This document shows, piece by piece, positions 60,484-64,000 of a stretch of DNA of 64,000 bases. The notes under the pieces are model-generated. The model searched no databases. It saw only the letters and a program-made list of their open reading frames with translations, and was not told where the DNA came from. A program made the translations under genes and the position numbers. The stretch comes from an uncultured Holophaga sp. (GTDB taxonomy: Bacteria; Acidobacteriota; Holophagae; Holophagales; Holophagaceae), in assembly GCA_963664825.1 (NCBI GenBank), contig OY761614.1, positions 2,688,001 to 2,752,000 of the forward strand, given 5' to 3'. Each line of letters starts with the position of its first letter. The first letter of the stretch is position 1.

Positions 60484-61458
60484 ATGGAATCACTGGAGCC
60501 ATCCGTGCTTTCCAAAGATCAGATGCTGGGCAAGTACCAGATCCTGGACCGTCTGGGGGCCGGGGGCTTCGGCACGGTCTATCTGGCGGAGGATAAGCTC
60601 CTGAACCGTCGCGTGGCCCTCAAGGTGCCCCATCACCAGCAGGACGAGCAGGGCATGCTCCAGGAACCCCGCATCATGGCGGGTCTCAAGCATCCCAATA
60701 TCGTCGAGCTCATCACCGTGGAGCAGAAGGGCGACACCTTCTTCATGGTGATGGAATACATCGACGGTGAAAGCCTCGACAAGTTGATCCGGAGGGAGCG
60801 CCACCTCCAGCCCGAGAGGGCGCTGGATATCTCCATCGATGTGGCCTCGGCCATTGGTTTCGCGCATTCCCACAAGGTCCTCCACCGGGACCTGAGGCCG
60901 GCCAATATCCTGCTCACCGCCGAGGGCCTGGCCAAGGTCACGGACTTCGGGACCTCCCGGCTCCTGGCGACCCAGGATCTCTTCGCGCGCACCCGCATCG
61001 GAAGCCCGCCCTACATGGCCCCCGAGCACTTCCGGGGCCGTGCGGTCTTCCAGAGCGATATCTGGAGCCTGGGTATCACGATGTACGAGATGCTCACGGG
61101 CACCGTGCCCTTCTACGATGCGGACCCGGTGAAGATCGCCCAGGCCTTCACCTCCCAGACTGTTGTGCCCCCCTATCTCCGACACCAGGGCGTGCCCAAG
61201 GCCTTTTCAGAAGTGGTGATGAAGGCGCTGGCCGTCAACCTTGGGGACCGCTACCTCTCGGCCCAGGCCCTGCTGGATGACCTCAATCGCCTAAAGTATT
61301 CCCTCACCAAGGACACCCGTCCCCTGGTGCCGGGTATGAACGCGACTGGCCCTGCGCCGCGGCCCGCCATGCCCACCCAGCCCCGGCTTTGCCGCTTCTG
61401 CTACCGGCCCCTGCCGCGCAACGCTTCCCTCTGTCCCAGTTGTAAGGAGAAGAACTGA
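60484..61458 (+). CDS. Ser/Thr protein kinase with a C-terminal zinc ribbon
   Basis: LGAGGFG, HRDLRPAN, DFG, YMAPE; CRFC...CPSC. Confidence 0.93.
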   Translation: MESLEPSVLSKDQMLGKYQILDRLGAGGFGTVYLAEDKLLNRRVALKVPHHQQDEQGMLQEPRIMAGLKHPNIVELITVEQKGDTFFMVMEYIDGESLDKLIRRERHLQPERALDISIDVASAIGFAHSHKVLHRDLRPANILLTAEGLAKVTDFGTSRLLATQDLFARTRIGSPPYMAPEHFRGRAVFQSDIWSLGITMYEMLTGTVPFYDADPVKIAQAFTSQTVVPPYLRHQGVPKAFSEVVMKALAVNLGDRYLSAQALLDDLNRLKYSLTKDTRPLVPGMNATGPAPRPAMPTQPRLCRFCYRPLPRNASLCPSCKEKN

Positions 61459-61459
61459 G

Positions 61460-64000
61460 ATGGAGGAGGTCCCGCGAAAAGGGCACCCGGCGCTGTGGAC
61501 CCGCCGCTGGTTCCGTCGGACCACCTATGTGCTGGTCTCCGGGGCGGTCGTACTCGGCGCCGCCGCGTGGACACTCCAGCGCCCCTTCGTCACCCGGTGG
61601 GCCATCGCCAAGCTGGACGCCAAGGTCCGGGAGAAGACCGGGCTCGGTCTCCAGATGGAGGGCCTGGAACTGCATCTCTTCCAGGGCCGAGTCGTGCTCT
61701 TCAAACCCGCCTTGGGCGGGGATCTGCTCCAGGCCGACCGGGTGGAGGTCGTGGTGGATCCGGGCCTCCTGCTGGCCGGCAAGGTCTGGATCCATCGCCT
61801 GGACGTGGATCGCCCGAGGATCCTCCTGGACGCAGCTAGGTTCGGACGCATTCATCTGAAGCCACGGCCCCCCGGGGCTCCCAAGCTGCACTGGCAGGTG
61901 GATCAGGTTTCCATCCGAGAGGCCCAGATCCTGGTGCGGGAACCGGCCTGGGGCTTGCCGACCCTCACCTCCACCTTTGCCATCCATGGCCAGGGCCATG
62001 GGATCAATCGCCTGAAGCTCTTCCTGGATACCCTGGCCCTGAAGGCCGGGGAGGGGCCCACCTCCCGGCAGGGGGGACTCGCCCTGCAGGCGGAATACAA
62101 CGATGGCGTGATCTCTCTGGCCAAGGGGGATCTGAAGCTGGGCAATAGCCGTGTAGCCTGCCAGGGGCGATGGGAGACGGCCAGCGGCAAGCTGGGATCA
62201 GCGGCCAGCGGCAAGTTGGATATGGCCCAGCTTCAGGGCCTCCTGGCTCCCCAGGCCGGTGCCCTGACCGGCACCCTGGAGTTCAAGGCCGAGACCTGGG
62301 GGCAGGCCCGCGGGCCCCAATGGAAATTCACCGTGGGCGGCCGCGAATTGGCCAGTGCGGCCCTGAAAATCCGTCCCGGGAGCCTGGAATTGACCGCCAG
62401 CGGGACGCCCAACGAGGCTCGCATCCAGCGCATGGCCTGGACCTCGCCGGAGGGGCGGCTGGAGGCCCAGGGGGCCTGGAAACGGGATGAGGGCAGCCGC
62501 CTGCAGGTCCAGGGTCGGGACGTGGCTCTGGGGCCCCTGGCCGCCCTGGTGAGGGCCGGATTTCTCCAGGAGGCCTCCGGGAGCTTCGATGGGGAGGCCT
62601 TCCTCCCCGGAAACCCCTGGTCTCCTCCGGCTCTGGACCGGGTGGAACTGAAGCTTCAGGCCAACCTTTCCCGAGAGGGCCAGGCCGCCGGGGGAGCCGC
62701 CTTGAGGCTTCAGGGCGGAGAACTGCGGGCCGAGGGGCTCACGCTCCATTTCCCCCAGTTGGACTTCCAGGGCCAAGGCAGCGCCCGCCTGGGGAAGGGC
62801 GGATTCCGGGAGCTGGCCGCGACCGGTCTGGTGGACACGGACGCCTCCACCGTCGCGGAGGTCCTGGGGGCCTGGGAGATCGGCGACAAGGAGCGGCTTC
62901 CCGCTCAAGGGGCTCAAAAGCCCAAGATCCTGGTCCATCCCTTCCAGATGGCCGGGAGGGCCCATGCCCAGGCCGAGGTCCGCTGGACTCCAGGGGAGGG
63001 GCTGAATCTTTCCGGGGAATGCGAGGTGCAGGCGCCCCGCTGGCACGGCGCCCAGGCCGATCGGCTCCACACCCGGGTCGGCATCCGGGGCACCGAGCTC
63101 AGTCTGACCAATATCGAGCTCTTCAAGGGGGAAGGGCGCGGCTGGGGTGAACTCTGGCTCACCTGGGCCGACCTTCCGCCGGGGCGGGAGGCCATCGATA
63201 TGTGCTACCGGGCCTCCCGCCTGCCCGTGGAAGAAGGCCTGAAGGCTGCCGATCTGGACCTGCAAAAGATCCGCATCCGCGGCACGGGCAGCGGCTGGGT
63301 GCGCCTCCACGGACCCTACGACCGGATCCTCATGGAGGGCGGGGCCCAGGCCGAAGCTGCCGAAGTGTACGGCCTGAAGATCCCGGCCCTCAGTGGGGAT
63401 TTCGGCATGGATATCCAGCGGGACCAGCTCCAGGTGCGGGATCTGCGCATCGGCGAGAGCCTGGCCGTCCTGGGTCAAGGGGAGGATGCCCCGGCGGGGC
63501 TCCTGGCTCTGCAGGGCGGAATGGACATGGATCTGGGGCGACGGACCTGGCAGGTCTCCCTGAAGGGGGATCTGGATTCCGAGCCCCTGGGCATTCCGGG
63601 CCCCCGGTTCCAGGCCCGGGTGGAAGCCAGCCTGGAGGGCCCCTGGGTCCGGCCCCTGGGGCCCACCCAGCTTCCCCTGGGCCAGGCCAGCTTCCGGGGG
63701 GGGCGGATCTTCCTGGGCAATCAGAGCCTGGAGGGCCTGGAGGGCTCCCTGGAAAATGGGGAGGACGGCCTTGGCCTGCGGCTGGGGATGCTGGGCATGG
63801 CGCAGCCTTTCCTCACCTTCCAGGGCTGGGATACGCCCCCGGGAATGGTCGGCGCCCTGGAACTTCGGGTGGGGCCCGAAACCGCCGATACCAGCCAGCT
63901 GGCCACCCGCCTTAGCCGGGATCTCCTGCAGGATCTCCACATGGAGGCCTCCGCCGAGGGGCTCTGGAACGCCGAAGGCCTTCGTTGGAAGGGGCGCCTC
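61460..64000 (+). CDS. AsmA/TamB-like large protein, 3'-truncated by the window edge
   Basis: MEEVPRKG...N-terminal TM then beta-rich sequence; absent from the ORF track, consistent with no stop before the window end. Confidence 0.75.
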   Translation, partial: MEEVPRKGHPALWTRRWFRRTTYVLVSGAVVLGAAAWTLQRPFVTRWAIAKLDAKVREKTGLGLQMEGLELHLFQGRVVLFKPALGGDLLQADRVEVVVDPGLLLAGKVWIHRLDVDRPRILLDAARFGRIHLKPRPPGAPKLHWQVDQVSIREAQILVREPAWGLPTLTSTFAIHGQGHGINRLKLFLDTLALKAGEGPTSRQGGLALQAEYNDGVISLAKGDLKLGNSRVACQGRWETASGKLGSAASGKLDMAQLQGLLAPQAGALTGTLEFKAETWGQARGPQWKFTVGGRELASAALKIRPGSLELTASGTPNEARIQRMAWTSPEGRLEAQGAWKRDEGSRLQVQGRDVALGPLAALVRAGFLQEASGSFDGEAFLPGNPWSPPALDRVELKLQANLSREGQAAGGAALRLQGGELRAEGLTLHFPQLDFQGQGSARLGKGGFRELAATGLVDTDASTVAEVLGAWEIGDKERLPAQGAQKPKILVHPFQMAGRAHAQAEVRWTPGEGLNLSGECEVQAPRWHGAQADRLHTRVGIRGTELSLTNIELFKGEGRGWGELWLTWADLPPGREAIDMCYRASRLPVEEGLKAADLDLQKIRIRGTGSGWVRLHGPYDRILMEGGAQAEAAEVYGLKIPALSGDFGMDIQRDQLQVRDLRIGESLAVLGQGEDAPAGLLALQGGMDMDLGRRTWQVSLKGDLDSEPLGIPGPRFQARVEASLEGPWVRPLGPTQLPLGQASFRGGRIFLGNQSLEGLEGSLENGEDGLGLRLGMLGMAQPFLTFQGWDTPPGMVGALELRVGPETADTSQLATRLSRDLLQDLHMEASAEGLWNAEGLRWKGRL

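Overview
GC-rich bacterial chromosome segment; gene content and style suggest Acidobacteriota of the Holophaga/Geothrix type (inference, not verified). Positions 1-18266 are the right part of an integrated mobilisable island. It carries the 3' part of a type I hsdR, an HTH + metallophosphoesterase pair, an orphan RM-controller (C protein) gene with a PvuII-type C-box, a MOBP-type relaxase with a nested out-of-frame gene, mobC and a putative oriT, an xis-replication initiator-DnaC module, an intact IS66 with TIRs and 8-bp TSD, an AT-rich SIR2-NTPase-helical defence gene with a DUF5677-like neighbour, and a P4-like integrase beside a tRNA-3'-end-like att remnant. Positions 18301-64000 are mostly housekeeping genes (tlyA, mltG, rapZ, secA, ndk, proS, thiL, recR, truA, hup, aroB, purE, lipB, dnaG, rpoD and others). 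They are interrupted by an internally deleted IS110 whose left end holds a readable bridge-RNA-like structure with segments matching its own junctions, and by small hairpin elements, two of which sit between duplicated gene termini (purE start; HI0933-family C-terminus). No CRISPR array, rRNA or complete tRNA was seen.
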